From: Macrostomum lignano
Taxonomy: Eukaryota
Assembly: GCA_002269645.1 (NCBI GenBank)
Contig: NIVC01000042.1
Coordinates: forward strand, 585,008 to 649,007
DNA: 64,000 bases
Direction: 5' to 3'
Both the position numbers and the translations under genes were made by a program. Below are positions 22,861-35,898 of the stretch, in pieces. Every line of letters begins with the position of its first letter. The first letter of the stretch is position 1. A model generated the notes under the pieces. That model ran no database searches and was not told the origin of the DNA. It saw nothing but the letters and a program-made list of their open reading frames with translations.

Positions 22861-23819
22861 TCTTGCAGTGCTCAAATTAGGTTAGGGCCTAGGGACTCTC
22901 AGTCCTGAGTCTCCAGCGAGATTTTTAAAGTTAAATTGTATATTTTTTATCTATTAGAAGTTATTGACATAAGCGTTTTGATATCTTATTAGTAAAATTT
23001 GGTAAAGTAATACAAAGTTATAGCCTTTTATAGTGTCTCGATTTTTTTGGTTCGTCCGGTAATGTATTTTTCATAGATAACGCTCTGTGATCATTTTGCG
23101 CTAATAACCCATTTTTTAATATGAAAAGCTACAAACCGAATTTTTTACATAACAAAAACAGTTTCCCGTCCTTCTACTTAAGCCGTCCTCTGTCTGTAGG
23201 TTTATACGAAATGCAGATTTGAATAAAGAATTAGTAGAATGATGAAATAAAAAGGAAATATATTAGAAAAAAATAGTCTGGACTCCTTTTGTTGAGAAAA
23301 ACTATAAATATAGGCCTATAATTGGTTTTTTGGCATGATGAGGGTACTATGCCATTGTTTTTATATAAAATGCTTATTAAAAAATTATAATGTGACTATC
23401 CTTTTGAATTGCAAAAATTATAGCCCACTTTGAATTGAAGTTTGAATTTTAACAAAATTTCTACTCTATTTTTTTTAATAAAGTTGTTTTATTCTTCCTC
23501 AATTAGAAAACAACTTAACTTTAACTATAAATTTAAAATGAGACATGTTGCCAAATTTGCCTATATTGTATTATTGCCAAATTTGCTTTTGCTAAATTTG
23601 TCCATAATGAATCTCTTTTGCCAAATTTGTTTGTTCCCAAATTTGTATGCATCCCTTTTAGATAGCATCAACCTTGGAATTGAGTGGCTGAATTCTATTG
23701 ATGGTCATAGTTGACCAAGGAAGGTCATTTCCTTTTGTATAAAGATGCACAACACAAGTACTAAGTTATCTTTAGTCTATGTTATTAAAATAGTCAGATG
23801 GTTTTCTTCTGTCTTAAGT

Positions 23820-23966
23820 TATAATTAAATATTTACCAACAAAAATAGTAAAAGCAAGTCTAAAAAAGCTTCTTACCAAATTGACTACTAGTGTTACCAA
23901 AATGTCCCAAGTTGATATCAAAGTTGTTGTCATCAAAATGTCTTGTCATTGAATTGACCTGAGACT
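23820..23966. mobile_element. Older degenerate TIR of the same MULE family
   Basis: Diverged reverse complement of the left TIR at 24065 (..GTCCCAAGTTG..GAATTGACCTGAGAC). Confidence 0.65.
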
Positions 23967-24364
23967 AATAAGAAGGTTGTCCACATAGGTGATAACATAG
24001 TTAAGACCACAGAGGATAGTATCTAATTTCTGGGATGTCTGACCTTTGTTCTATAGGCTAAAAGGGTCCCAGGTCAATTCGGTGACAAGACATTTCGGTG
24101 ACAACAACTTCGGTGACAACTTGGGACGTTTCGGTGACACCAGTATAGTCAATTTGGTGACAAGCTTTTTAGACTTGATTTGAATATTTTTCGTTGTTAA
24201 ATATTAAAATATGGCTGTCACTAAACTTATTAAAGTATGATGGTTTGTATGCTATCAATTATCATTTTGTTTGAGTGCGTTTCGAGGCATATTTTACTTA
24301 TAAGCGCGCATTTAATTTTAGTAGTATAGTAGTAGTATAGTTCCCTAAATATCCGGCCTTGATT

Positions 24365-25734
24365 CTAGTACATTGTACACAGTCTAGTGTATATGTCTAG
24401 TACATATGTAGTCTTTGGTGCAACACAGTCGTCATGCATGTCACTTCGGATTAAAGAGACGACCACAGGATTTAAGCAGCCGCCGAGTGCTTCGAGTAAC
24501 TTGTTCATGTTCCGCCCAGTAGCGAAACAAACGAGACTGAACTGTGCGGTATCCTTGCCGCTGCTCTCGACGCAGTACGGCCCTCTGGACAGCAGGTGAG
24601 CCTGGAGTGGCACCAGGATAGCTTCCTTGTGGAGCAGTTGCAGCAATAGATAGAACTGGAGGTTGCGCCTCCCAGCTTTACGGTTTAGGCGATAGTGCCA
24701 GCCCTCCAGGTCGTTGTTGGTCCTGATGGGCTTGACCAAACACGCAAATGTCATCCGCTTTCCAGTTGCTGCCTTTTTCCTGGTCGGAAGTCTTCACCGG
24801 CTCTGCGATTTAGGGTCGCACAGCATGGCATATGTCGATTGCGCTGAGTGCATCTGTAGTATTCGTGATCACCACGCCTACGGTGAAAACCATAGCTGTA
24901 TCCTTTTGAGGAAACAACAAGGACTGAACCTCTACTGCTTGCGTTTTGAAGTACCTCAAATGTCTCTGGACGATTGTGAGCAGCGATTGGTTGAGGGTCT
25001 GGATCTTCAATCGATGAATCAGCAGTAGCAGCAACTTGGATCTCAGCATTGCTCTCTACCTCATCACTTTCGCTACCACTGGCAGCAGCAACTTCGATTT
25101 CGGCATCGCTCTCTACCTCATCACCACCGGCAGCAGCAACTTCAACTTCAGCATCGCTCTCTACATGTACCTCCTGAGTAGTGCAGATCATGCAGCACCA
25201 AGAAAAAAAACTCTTCTTCATCAATTTCTTATACTGTGCAGCAGAAATGAACGATGCTCCTAAAATAAAAAGCAAAAACAATTTCAGCATTTTATCATCT
25301 CTCCACATACCCTCTCTCCTCTCTACCCCCTCTCCCCACCTTCTCTCCCCTACCCTCTTTTCCTCTTCACTCTATCCTCTACCTTCTCCCCCCTCTACCC
25401 TCTCTCCCCACCTTCTCTCCCCTACCCTCTTTTCCTCTTCACTCTATCCTCTACCTTCTCCCCCCTCTACCCTCTCTCCCCACCTTCTCTCCCCTACCCT
25501 CTTTTCCCTCTTCACTCTCTCCTCTACCTTCTCCCCCCTCTACCCTCTTTCTCCTCTTCCATTTTAAGAGTGAATACCCACGCTAAGTTGATGGAATGCA
25601 GAATATAGGGCATAAACTTACCACTCAAACACAGTCGATGGAACCAATTGTTTGCACTTGTCACAATTTAATGCAGGCTCCTCGTCAGTTACTGCTCTGA
25701 CACACGCTGGACAGACGTTTTCTTCGACTTCCAT
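24365..25734 (-). pseudogene. PHD-FLYWCH-MULE transposase pseudogene lacking the DDE core
   Basis: Exon 25734-25622 (CPAC..CDKC..WFHRLC, one extra base; donor GTAAGT) joins exon from 25259 (..WCCMIC, acidic linker, SSRGSVLV..GYSY..YYRC..C FLYWCH), then jumps to [19 protein letters not shown]. Confidence 0.8.
25300..25560. repeat. CT-rich tandem repeat in the MULE gene intron
   Basis: Repeated CTCTCCCCACCTTCTCTCCCCTACCCTC units. Confidence 0.85.
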
Positions 25735-27334
25735 CAGACAATTAGTTAACGAGCTGGATGCTTTAGCTAGCTAGTTGCTTTTTAGATGCAGAGAAGATAT
25801 TAAGTCGATATTCTTGAGTGATAAAGAGTAAATTATATAGTGCGCAGACGGGTAGCTATATGGGTCTTGCGTTTAATTGCTTCTGTACAAGTATGGATAT
25901 GGGACGCATGCGCAATATCCATATATGTAATGTGATGGCGTTTTAACCAATAAGGTATATCACAGAATTTCGATTGCGTAGAAAGTAAGCAATTCCGATT
26001 GACCACATCCGTTCAGATTACCTAGCATAACTTACTGTTGGTTCTGTGATTCATGGATTTAGCGGTTAGCAACCAGTAATTGTGATGTAAAGAGTGCCAA
26101 CAAGAGCACAGCAATTTTCTTAATATAGTATAATTATCACCTTCACTTTAACTGTGTTGCTGAGTGAACGAATAAGTGTGATTCATTTACTAAATGTAGA
26201 AGATCAAGTTTTGGATGACTTTACATTTATACACATGTACGTGTTTATGTTGAGATGGTCACGAGCCACGACCATCATAAGTTTACAGTACACGCACAGG
26301 ACAGTTGTCAATAAGCGCCAAAATTAATTACAAGATAAATTTCAAGCCAACTCACACATACTCGTAATCTATAGCTACTCTGTGAGGCGCACATACAGTA
26401 GCGGATCTAAAATTTCATTTGGGGGCCGAAAGGGGGGAAGCGTCGGTCCAAGTTTTGGGCGCCAACATGAGTATGAGGGGCGCTAATTTATTTTAAGCTA
26501 GGGGTGCAAAAATGCGTGTAGGAGGCGAAAAATCTAGTTTAAATGGTGCTCAATTAGTTTTTGGGTTAATAAGTTTTTAGGTTTTAGGAGGCTCAATAAG
26601 TTCTATCAAGCTCTATCCGCGGGTCCGCCCCTATTGGCGCCCCAATTGCCTTAGTCCCTGAATTAGCACATAACATATGTACAGTCATAAGCTACGCTAT
26701 AGGTATACAGTTGTTTTCTAAACTCGTTCAATGGCTTTTAAGACGTACATGTACATGTACATCTACAATACATGTACATGTAGATGTAGTACAAAAAATC
26801 TAATCATCAATTGTCGTTGACTTGAGTTGAAAAATTAAAAGTATGGATAAAATAAAATGCGCGCTTATAAGTAAAATATGCCTCGAAACGCACTCAAACA
26901 AAATGATAATTGATAGCATACGAACCATCATACTTTAATAAGTTTAGTGACAGCCATGCGAGTATTTTAATATTTAACAACGAAAAATAGTAATTGACCA
27001 CTGGTGTCACCGAAACGTCCCAAGTTGTCACCGAAGTTGTTGTCACCGAATTGACCTGGGACCGCTAAAAGGCATAACATCCATTTGTACAGTTCAAACA
27101 ATGTAATGATTATAGTCTAGGATGTTTTCCTTAGCAAATGAGATTTGTTGGTATACATTAATAAGATAAGGCTTAGAAAACACTTTGGCACTATGAAGAT
27201 AGTGCCAGGTAAAGCACTGGATATGTGGCACTAGATGATGATCAGTTGTGGGTGATCTTCAAGTTAAGCTCCTGGTAGTGACTCTTCCTCTTCCTCTCCC
27301 TGCCTTTTATCCATTTCCCAGCCTCTCAAGCTGC

Positions 27335-27850
27335 TATAGCACCCTCTCAAACACCCTCCCAAACACCCTCTCGAACATCCTCTCGAACATCCTCTCAAAC
27401 ACCCTCCCAAAAATTCTTTCGAACACCCTCCCGAAAATCCCCTCAAACACCCTTCCGAACATCCTCTCGAACACCCTCCCGAACAACCTCTCAAACACCC
27501 AAACACCCTCTCGAACATCCTCTCGAACATCCTCTCGAACACCCTCCCGAAAATCCTCTCAAACACCCTCCCGAACATCTTCTCAAACACCCTCCCGAAC
27601 ATCCTCTCGAACACCCTCCTGAACATCCTCTCGAACACCCTCCCGAAAATCCTCTCAAACACCCTCCCGAACATCTTCTCAAACACCCTCCCGAACATCC
27701 TCTCGAACACCCTCCTGAACATCCTCTCAAACACCCTCCCAAAAAGAAAATCCTCTTAAACACCCTCCCGAACATCCTCTCGAACACCCTCCCGAACATC
27801 CTCTTGAACACCCTCCCGAACATCCTCTCAAACACCCTCCCGAACACCAT
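27335..27850. repeat. 12/24-bp minisatellite (AACACCCTCCCGAACATCCTCTC-like)
   Basis: Visible tandem units. Confidence 0.9.
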
Positions 27851-27854
27851 CCAG

Positions 27855-28118
27855 CAGAGCGCCATCTTGTCCGTCCTGGCCCTGGTGTTCACTAAATGGT
27901 GCTTCTCAGCTGTTGAGCCGGCGCCTACAGGCGGCAGTCTGCATCCGCTGCCCCGCCAGGCCGCCCTGCTCGCTGGCTACGCCGCCTCGGCTCTGACCAG
28001 GCGCTGCGGTGCCCAGGCGTTCGCGACTAAATGGCGGGCCACTTTGGCCACGGATCAGCTGGACCAGATTGGCGCCGCTTTTAGTAGGCTGTTCCCTGAG
28101 GCCGACTCCGGCCGCTGA
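27855..28118 (+). pseudogene. NAXD: NAXD/CARKD-like terminal exon (orphan, possibly degenerate)
   Basis: AALLAGYAASALTRRCGAQAFATKWRATLATDQLDQIGAAFSRLF matches the NAXD C-terminus ([44 protein letters not shown]); the QGDLLSG motif appears as QSAILSV; no upstream exons recognised in the window. Confidence 0.7.
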
Positions 28119-28789
28119 GCCGCCTGAAGCGCTTTGGAGAATGCACTGGGAATGTGCTTTGCTTGCTGAATGTGTTGGAAACTTCTTAAGGATTCACCGG
28201 GAGTGTAACTGGGAATGTTTTGGGAATGTGCTGAGGATGTTTTGGGAATGTACTGGGGATGTGTTGGGAATGTACTTGGAATGTTTTGCGAATATCCTGG
28301 GGATGTGCTGGGAATGTACTGGGTATGCGTTTAAGTGTGTGCTTGAGACGCTCAAATAATGTTATGAATGGGTTAATGGTAATGCATATAAGTTGTTAAT
28401 ATACAAAATATATACTAAATATAATAAACTATTATATAGTAAACTAATATAAACTAAACTAATAGTGAACTAATAGTTACTAATAATATGTCATATGAGT
28501 TTTGGTCCTCACAGTTGGCTTTTAAAGGCACTGAATTAATGTTTTTATAGAGAACTTAAGAACAAACAAACTATTATATAGGACGTATTATAAGTGTGCA
28601 ATATTGTATTTGGTACATTACCAAACTTTGACTAGGTGATAGATTAGTACTCAATAATCTTAATTGTTGTTTTAGCTTTCACTGATAAACACGTCACTTA
28701 GTTATTTATGTTTCAATGATAAACTTCTATTATTAAGTATACAATGGTTTAAAATGAAATAACAAATTGAGATATTATGTTATCCAATA

Positions 28790-30290
28790 TTATAATCCCC
28801 TATCCAGATCCCCACTCCAAGATTCTAATCCCCAATCCAGATCCCTATCTCCAATATTATAATCTCCAATCCAGATCCCCATCTCCAAGATTCTAATCCC
28901 CAATCCAGATCCCTATCTCCAATTACCAATATTATAATCTCCAATCCAGATCCCCATCTCCAAGATTCTAATCCCCAATCCAGATCCCTATCTCCAATTA
29001 CCAATGGCTTATTCCATATAAGCATGGTCGTAACATGACAGGTTATTTTACTTATAAAATGAAATCTAATAATAGAATATACTAAACCAATATTTTAAAT
29101 GAAAGATTATTTTGTCTAGAATATATTTATAGAGTTTCATATAGATATCATCATTAGTATAGATGCTATTAAACCTTAAATGACACTTATGGTTGTAACG
29201 ACAGGATTTTTGACATATAGAAACTAAAAGGTAAAAGTCTTATAACATTTTTCATTTTTTGATATTTTGCAATACATTTTTAAAATTTGACTAAGAACAT
29301 CTTTAGAAATCATACTCTTTTATTAGAATATATAAACTCAAAAGGCAACAAAGATACAAAAGAAAAGGCAGCCTTATGGTCGTAACATTATGGTCGTAAC
29401 ATATTTTTTTCTGTCAATTCAGTAACTTTGAGGTACTAATACATTAAAAATATAATAGATTATTTGGTCACCAATGCTTTTATCTGATGATGCAAGTACT
29501 ATACTTTTATCTATAGTTTGTTTCAACCTTCAAAAGCTTTCTATTTGTTTTTAAAAGGTACAAAATCTTAATGATGTCTTTTGCTTCGAAAAATGTCCAA
29601 ATTTTTACAAAAATGACTTTTTGCCAATTGATAACATACTAATCCAACATTTTACCATTCCTTTATTCTTAGATTGTATATATTGCACAATATAAACATT
29701 TGGTAAAAAAATAGGCTAATTAGGCAATGGCAAGCAAAAATATTGACTTTTTTCTATTTTCCAAATATGTCCATCTTATATGGAATGAGCGATATTATAA
29801 TCTCCAATCCAGATCCCCATCTCCAAGATTCTAATCCCCAATCCAGATCCCCATCTCCAATATTTTAATCCTCAATCCAGATCCCCATCTCCAAGATTCT
29901 AATCCCCAATCCAGATCCCCATCTCCAATATTTTAATCCTCAATCCAGATCCACATCTCCAATATTATAATCTCCAATCCAGATCCCCATCTCCAAGATT
30001 CTAATCCCCAATCCAGATCCCCATCTCCAATATTTTAATCCTCAATCCAGATCCACATCTCCAATATTATAATCTCCAATCCAGATCCCCATCTCCAAGA
30101 TTCTAATCCCCAATCCAGATCCCTATCTTCAATATTATAATCCCCAATCCAGATCCCCATCTCCAATATTTTAATCCTCAATCCAGATCCACATCTCCAA
30201 TATTATAATCCCCTATATAGATCCCCATCTCCAATATTATAATCCCCTATCCAGATCCCTATCTCCAGTATTATAATCCCCTATATATCC
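28790..30290. repeat. ~34-bp minisatellite (TCCAATCCAGATCCCCATCTCCAA..) split by a MITE
   Basis: Arrays at ~28790-29005 and ~29792-30290. Confidence 0.88.
29006..29791. mobile_element. MITE with GCT(T/C)ATTCCATATAAG TIRs, apparent AT TSD (ISL2EU-like)
   Basis: GGCTTATTCCATATAAG at 29006 and CTTATATGGAATGAGCG ending 29791; AT on both flanks. Confidence 0.6.
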
Positions 30291-30421
30291 TTAAACCATC
30301 TAGATCCCAAGATCTTAACTAATCCCTCTATAAAAATGGCTTCCTTGCGTTTATTTCTACCCAGTGGTGATCTTCATCTACAATAAATCATATTGCATGC
30401 GTGTCTCCAGAACAGCCCAGC

Positions 30422-32033
30422 ATGCAGTCATCATCATCTGACAGCTATGCCCAGTTAGATGACAACCCAATCCGGTTCCAGCCGGTCTCCGAGCAGACAA
30501 ACGTATTCTATGACGCTGTGCAGAGTCACCTGTTCACCGTAGAGAAGGCCGACTCAAATAGTTTATTAGTCCGAGTTCAAACTTGTCAATCATCTTCACT
30601 GTTGGATTCTACAAAAGCGTTTAGTTTCCGATTGAAGGATTGCGGCGAAGTGAAATCTATGAAATTCTCGGCCGACTGTCGGATTCTGGCGGTGCAGCGG
30701 TCGTCAACGGCTGTGGAATTTGTCAACTTCGCGACAGCCGGAGGGGCGGCTGACACTGTGGAGTACTCGCAGACCTGCAAGACCAAGGCCGCCCAGATAC
30801 TGGGATTCCAATGGACTCAAGCCGCCAATCACGAGGTGCTCTACGTTACCGACTGCGGGCTAGAACTGTTCAGCGTGACGCCTGAGAAAAGGTGAGATAA
30901 AGCGTGTTATGATATCAATCAGGACTAGATCCCTAGATCCCTAATCAATCGAGACTAGATCCCTAATCAACCGGGACTAGATCCCTAATCAATCAGGACT
31001 AGATCCCTAATCAATCAGGACTAGATACCTAATTCCATCAGGACTAGACCCCTAATCAATCAGGACTAGATCCCTAATCAATCAGGACTAGATCCCTAAT
31101 CAACCGGGACTAGATCCCTAATCAACCGGGACTAGATCCCTAATCAACCGGGACTAGATCCCTAATCAACCGGGACTAGATCCATAATCAATCGGGACTA
31201 GATCCCTAATCAACCGGGACTAGATCCATAATCAATCGGGACTAGATCCCTAATCAATCGGGCCTAGATCCCTAATCAATCGGGACTAGATACCTGGATC
31301 CCTAATCAATCGGGACTAGATACCTAATCAATCGGGACTAGATACCTGGATCCCTAATCAATCGGGACTAGATACCTGGATCCCTAATCAATCGGGACTA
31401 GATACCTAGATCCCTAATCAATCGGGACTAGATACCTGGATCCCTAATCAATCGGGACTAGATACCTAGATCCCTAATTAATCGGGACTAGATCTCTAAT
31501 CAATCGGGACTAGATCTCTAATCAATCGGGACTAGATACCTAGATCCCTAATTCCATCAGGACTAGATCCCTAATAAATCAGGACTAGATCCCCAATCAA
31601 TCAATTGGCCTATCCCATTTCTCCAACCAGATCGCTCCGTCTGGTGAAGAGCGCCGCCCAGCAGTGCAATTGGTACGCGTGGCACCATGCGGCCGGCACA
31701 GCAGCCCTGAGCAGCGGCCCGCTCTCCAACCAGTTCAGCATGTTCAAAATCGGCCAGTCCAGTTTAGTTAAGACGCCCCGCTTCGAGGTTGACCTGCCGC
31801 ACGCGCCTTCGTCGTCGTTGGCTTCGTCCAATGCGGCCGGCGGCGGCAGCGTCGGCATCGGCGGTCGGCAGCCGCTGCGCGAACGGGACGTCTTCCTGGC
31901 CGAGCTGTACGGCCAGCTGTACCTGGGGGTGCTCAAGCACTATGTGAAACCGGGTGGCGGCTCCGCCACCGAGATTGCACTCTACCAGCAGGTGGGTTGT
32001 GTCTGTGTGTCTGTCTGTGTGTCAGTCTTGGTA

Positions 32034-32071
<38 letters not shown>

Positions 32072-32277
32072 AGTCTTGGTGTCTGTCTGTCTGTCAGTCT
32101 TGGTGTCTGTCTGTCTGTCAGTCTTTCTGTCTGTCTGTCAGTCTTGGTATCTGTCTGTCTGTCTGTCTGTCTCTCTGTCTGTGTGTCTGTCTGTCTGTCA
32201 GTCTTGGTGTCTGTCTGTCTGTCAGTCTTGGTGTCTGTCTGTCTGTCAGTCTTTGTGTCTGTCTGTCAGTCTTGGTA

Positions 32278-32320
<43 letters not shown>

Positions 32321-32561
32321 GTCTGTGTGTCTGTCCGTCCGTCTGTATGTCTGTCTGTCTGTCTGTCTCTCTGTCTGTCTGTCTGTCTGTCTGTCAGTCT
32401 TGGTGTCTGTCTGTCTGTCTGTCAGTCTTGGTGTCTGTCTGTCTGTCTGTCAGTCTTGGTGTCTGTCTGTCTGTCTGTCTGGCTGTCTGTCTGTCTGTCT
32501 GTCTGTCTTTCTGTCTGTCTGTCTGGCTGTCTGGCTGTCTGTCTGTCTGTCTGTATGTCTT

Positions 32562-32600
<39 letters not shown>

Positions 32601-32603
32601 TAG

Positions 32604-32636
<33 letters not shown>

Positions 32637-32639
32637 TAG

Positions 32640-32688
<49 letters not shown>

Positions 32689-32703
32689 TAGTGTCTGTCT
32701 TAG

Positions 32704-32748
<45 letters not shown>

Positions 32749-32751
32749 TAG

Positions 32752-32783
<32 letters not shown>

Positions 32784-35100
32784 ATTTCCCGCTTTATCTC
32801 TCCACCGCAGCCGTCCAGCGATTCGGCCGGCAATCCGCGCAAGTCGGACCTGCTGGTGCTGCAGCAGGGCGGCCGCCTAGCCGTTAGCATTGTGGACAAT
32901 CTGGTGCTGGTGCATCATCAGCGATTGCAGCGGAGTTTCGCATTTGACATCGCTCTGCCAGCGGAGACTGACGGCTACTTGCGCTACCACCAGCCAGTGA
33001 CTGTTGAAGCAATGCCGCTGGCTTGGTCTCAACCGCAGCGGCAACAGCAGAAGCAGCTTCCTCGCGCGGTCAGAATGGCCAACTACTTTCTTGGCTTTAT
33101 GATGCCTTGTATACTACTTATTTGATTAGATTAAACTTCTTTGCTTTAAACATTCATTTGATCAACCTCGCATGCATTAATTAGTCGAGATTATTATGCA
33201 AGCTGATCATTAGGCATGCACTTTCCTGGTGATCATTACATCCAACCACCTGATCATTAGACATCCAACCACCTGATCATTAGACATCCAACCACCTGAT
33301 CATTAGACATCCAAGCACCTGATCATTAGGCATCCAACCACCTGATCATTAGGCATCCAACCACCTGATCATTAGACATCCAACCACCTGATCATTAGAC
33401 ATCCAACCACCTGATCATTAGACATCCAACCACCTGATCATTAGACATCCAACCACATGATCATTAGACATCCAACCACCTGATCATTTGGCATCGAACC
33501 ACCTGATCATTAGACATCCAACCACCTGATCATTAGACATCCAACCACCTGATCATTTGGCATCCAACCACCTGATCATTAGACATCCAACCACCTGATC
33601 ATTAGACATCCAACCACCTGATCATTAGACATTCAACCACCTGATCATTTGGCATCGAACCACCTGATCATTAGACATCCAACCACCTGATCATTAGACA
33701 TCCAACCACCTGATCATTTGGCATCCAACCACCTGATCATTAGACATCCAACCACCTGATCATTTGGCATCCAACCTCCTGATCATTAGACATCCAACCA
33801 CCTGATCATTAGACATCCAACCACCTGATCATTAGACATCCAACCACCTGATCATTAGACATCCAACCACCTGATCATTAGACATCCAACCACCTGATCA
33901 TTAGACATCCAACCACCTGATCATTTGGCATCCAACCACCTGATCATTAGACATCCAACCACCTGATCATTAGACATCCAACCACCTGATCATTAGACAT
34001 CCAACCACCTGATCATTAGACATCCAACCACCTGATCATTAGACATCCAACCACCTGATCATTAGACATCCAACCACCTGATCATTAGACATCCAACCAC
34101 CTGATCATTAGACATCCAACCACCTGATCATTAGACATCCAACCACCTGATCATTAGACATCCAACCACCTGATCATTAGACATCCAACCACCTGATCAT
34201 TAGACATCCAACCACCTGATCATTAGACATCCAACCACCTGATCATTAGACATCCAACCACCTGATCATTAGACATCCAACCACCTGATCATTAGACATC
34301 CAACCACCTGATCGTTAGTAAATACTTAGGCACCCAACCACCAAATCAGAAATTTTCTGCTCTGAATTCTGCAGGGCTCTCAACAGCAGCAGCAGCCGCA
34401 AGATGCAGCCGCAACTCAGCTGTACAGCCAATCGTGGATCTTCTTCCTGCCAGACGTGATCGTGGACGCCCAAGCCGGCCTGCTCTGGCGAATTCGAATC
34501 CGACCCGACCGCCTCTCCGCCCTGATGTTCCCAATGGATCCGGGCCGCTGCCTGCACTGCCTTCACCTGCGGGCCAATGCTAAAATTGACACGGCCAACG
34601 CTCTGCGTCGATTGATGCTGCTGCTCACGTCTGCGGAACCGCCCGCTGCCGCCGATGCCATCGCCGCTGCTTCCGTTACCACCTGCCTTCCGGTGCTGGC
34701 CTACGCGCTGGACCTCCTGGCAGCTCAGGAGTCTCCCCAGCCGGGTCCGCTGCCGTCGCCGCCGCCGCCTCCACCGCCGTCTCCGTTCGACTTTGCTGCC
34801 AACGAATCGCCGTCGGCTTATTCGTCACTGTCTGGCATGGCCAGCTTCAGTCAGCAGCAGCAGCAGCTGCTTAGCCTGCCGGCTAGAGCTCCAGATCCGC
34901 TGACTCAGTCGGATTTGTATGTTCACCTGCTGGCTGAAGGCCCCGCCACCGAGGCCGAGTATAAGGCTCAGGTGTGCTCTCGGAACTGACTGACTGACTG
35001 ACTGACTGACTGACTGACTGACTGTCTGACTGACTGACTGACTGACTCACTGACTGACTGACTGACTGACTGACTGACTGACTGACTGACTGACTGACTG

Positions 35101-35189
<89 letters not shown>

Positions 35190-35191
35190 GC

Positions 35192-35268
<77 letters not shown>

Positions 35269-35898
35269 GAACTAAATGAATAACTAACTAACGAACTGAC
35301 TAAGTAACTATCTAGCCAACTAACTAACTAACCAACCAACCAACCAAACGACTCCCCTCAGGTATTCGTGATACTAGAATTTGTTCGGGCCCTAAACGAT
35401 CGCAACGTACCAGTGCAGCACTTTCTATTCGAAACCCTAGTCCGGGCTCTAGTCACTACCGGTCGATTCGGCGAGCTGCACCAGCTGATCCAGTATCACG
35501 TGATCTCGGACAGCAAGCCAATAGCCTGTCTGCTGCTGTCCCTGCAGAGCCTGTACCCGCCGGCTCACCAGCTAGCTCTGGACATGATGAAGCGTCTCGG
35601 CTCGGCTAACGAAGAGATTCTGGAGGTGCTGCTGTCCCAGGGTCGGGTTCTGTCAGCGGTGAAGTTTCTACGCTCGGTGGGCAAATTCGACTCAGTTGCT
35701 GCGCACAAACTGCTGGAGGTGGCGTTCGAGAGCGGCGACTGGCGCCAGTTCTACTCGGTGTTCCGGGCGCTGGAACAGCGCAATGCCCGACTGAGGGGCA
35801 GCGCCGCCTTCCAGCCTGCGGATCATTGCCAGCGATATGTGGCCGAGTTTGCTGGCCGGTTTGGCCAGACCGCGTTAGGACAGTTGAGGGCTCTGTGA
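30422..35898 (+). CDS. RMC1: Regulator of MON1-CCZ1 complex (RMC1/C18orf8/MIC1), 5 exons, ~740 aa
   Basis: join(30422-30891,31631-31991,32811-33068,34375-34971,35362-35898), phases consistent; motifs [64 protein letters not shown]. Confidence 0.95.
30920..31600. repeat. 22-bp minisatellite (GATCCCTAATCAACCGGGACTA), RMC1 intron 1
   Basis: Tandem units with longer variants. Confidence 0.93.
31995..32780. repeat. (TCTG)n microsatellite with CTTGGTG interruptions, RMC1 intron 2
   Basis: Fills almost the whole intron. Confidence 0.95.
33235..34315. repeat. 23-bp minisatellite (CCACCTGATCATTAGACATCCAA), RMC1 intron 3
   Basis: Highly homogeneous tandem units. Confidence 0.95.
34985..35345. repeat. 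(CTGA)n then (CTAA)n microsatellite, RMC1 intron 4
   Basis: Abrupt switch in the 4-bp motif near 35100. Confidence 0.95.

Larger units (their letters stand above)
24065..27063 (-). mobile_element. Mutator-like (MULE) element with internal deletion
   Basis: ~215-260 bp TIRs GGTCCCAGGTCAATTCGGTGACA..; TSD GCTAAAAG(G), 8 or 9 bp; PHD, FLYWCH and [10 protein letters not shown] remnants inside. Confidence 0.9.

Noticed and set aside
26395-26670. Possible CAGTAGCGGATC MITE inside the MULE (similar signal at ~44216-44302)
   Set aside because: Matching opposite end and TSD could not be confirmed
27248-27850. Repetitive ORFs on both strands
   Set aside because: Minisatellite translations
31954-32899. 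Long LSVC-repeat ORFs
   Set aside because: Translations of the (TCTG)n intron of RMC1
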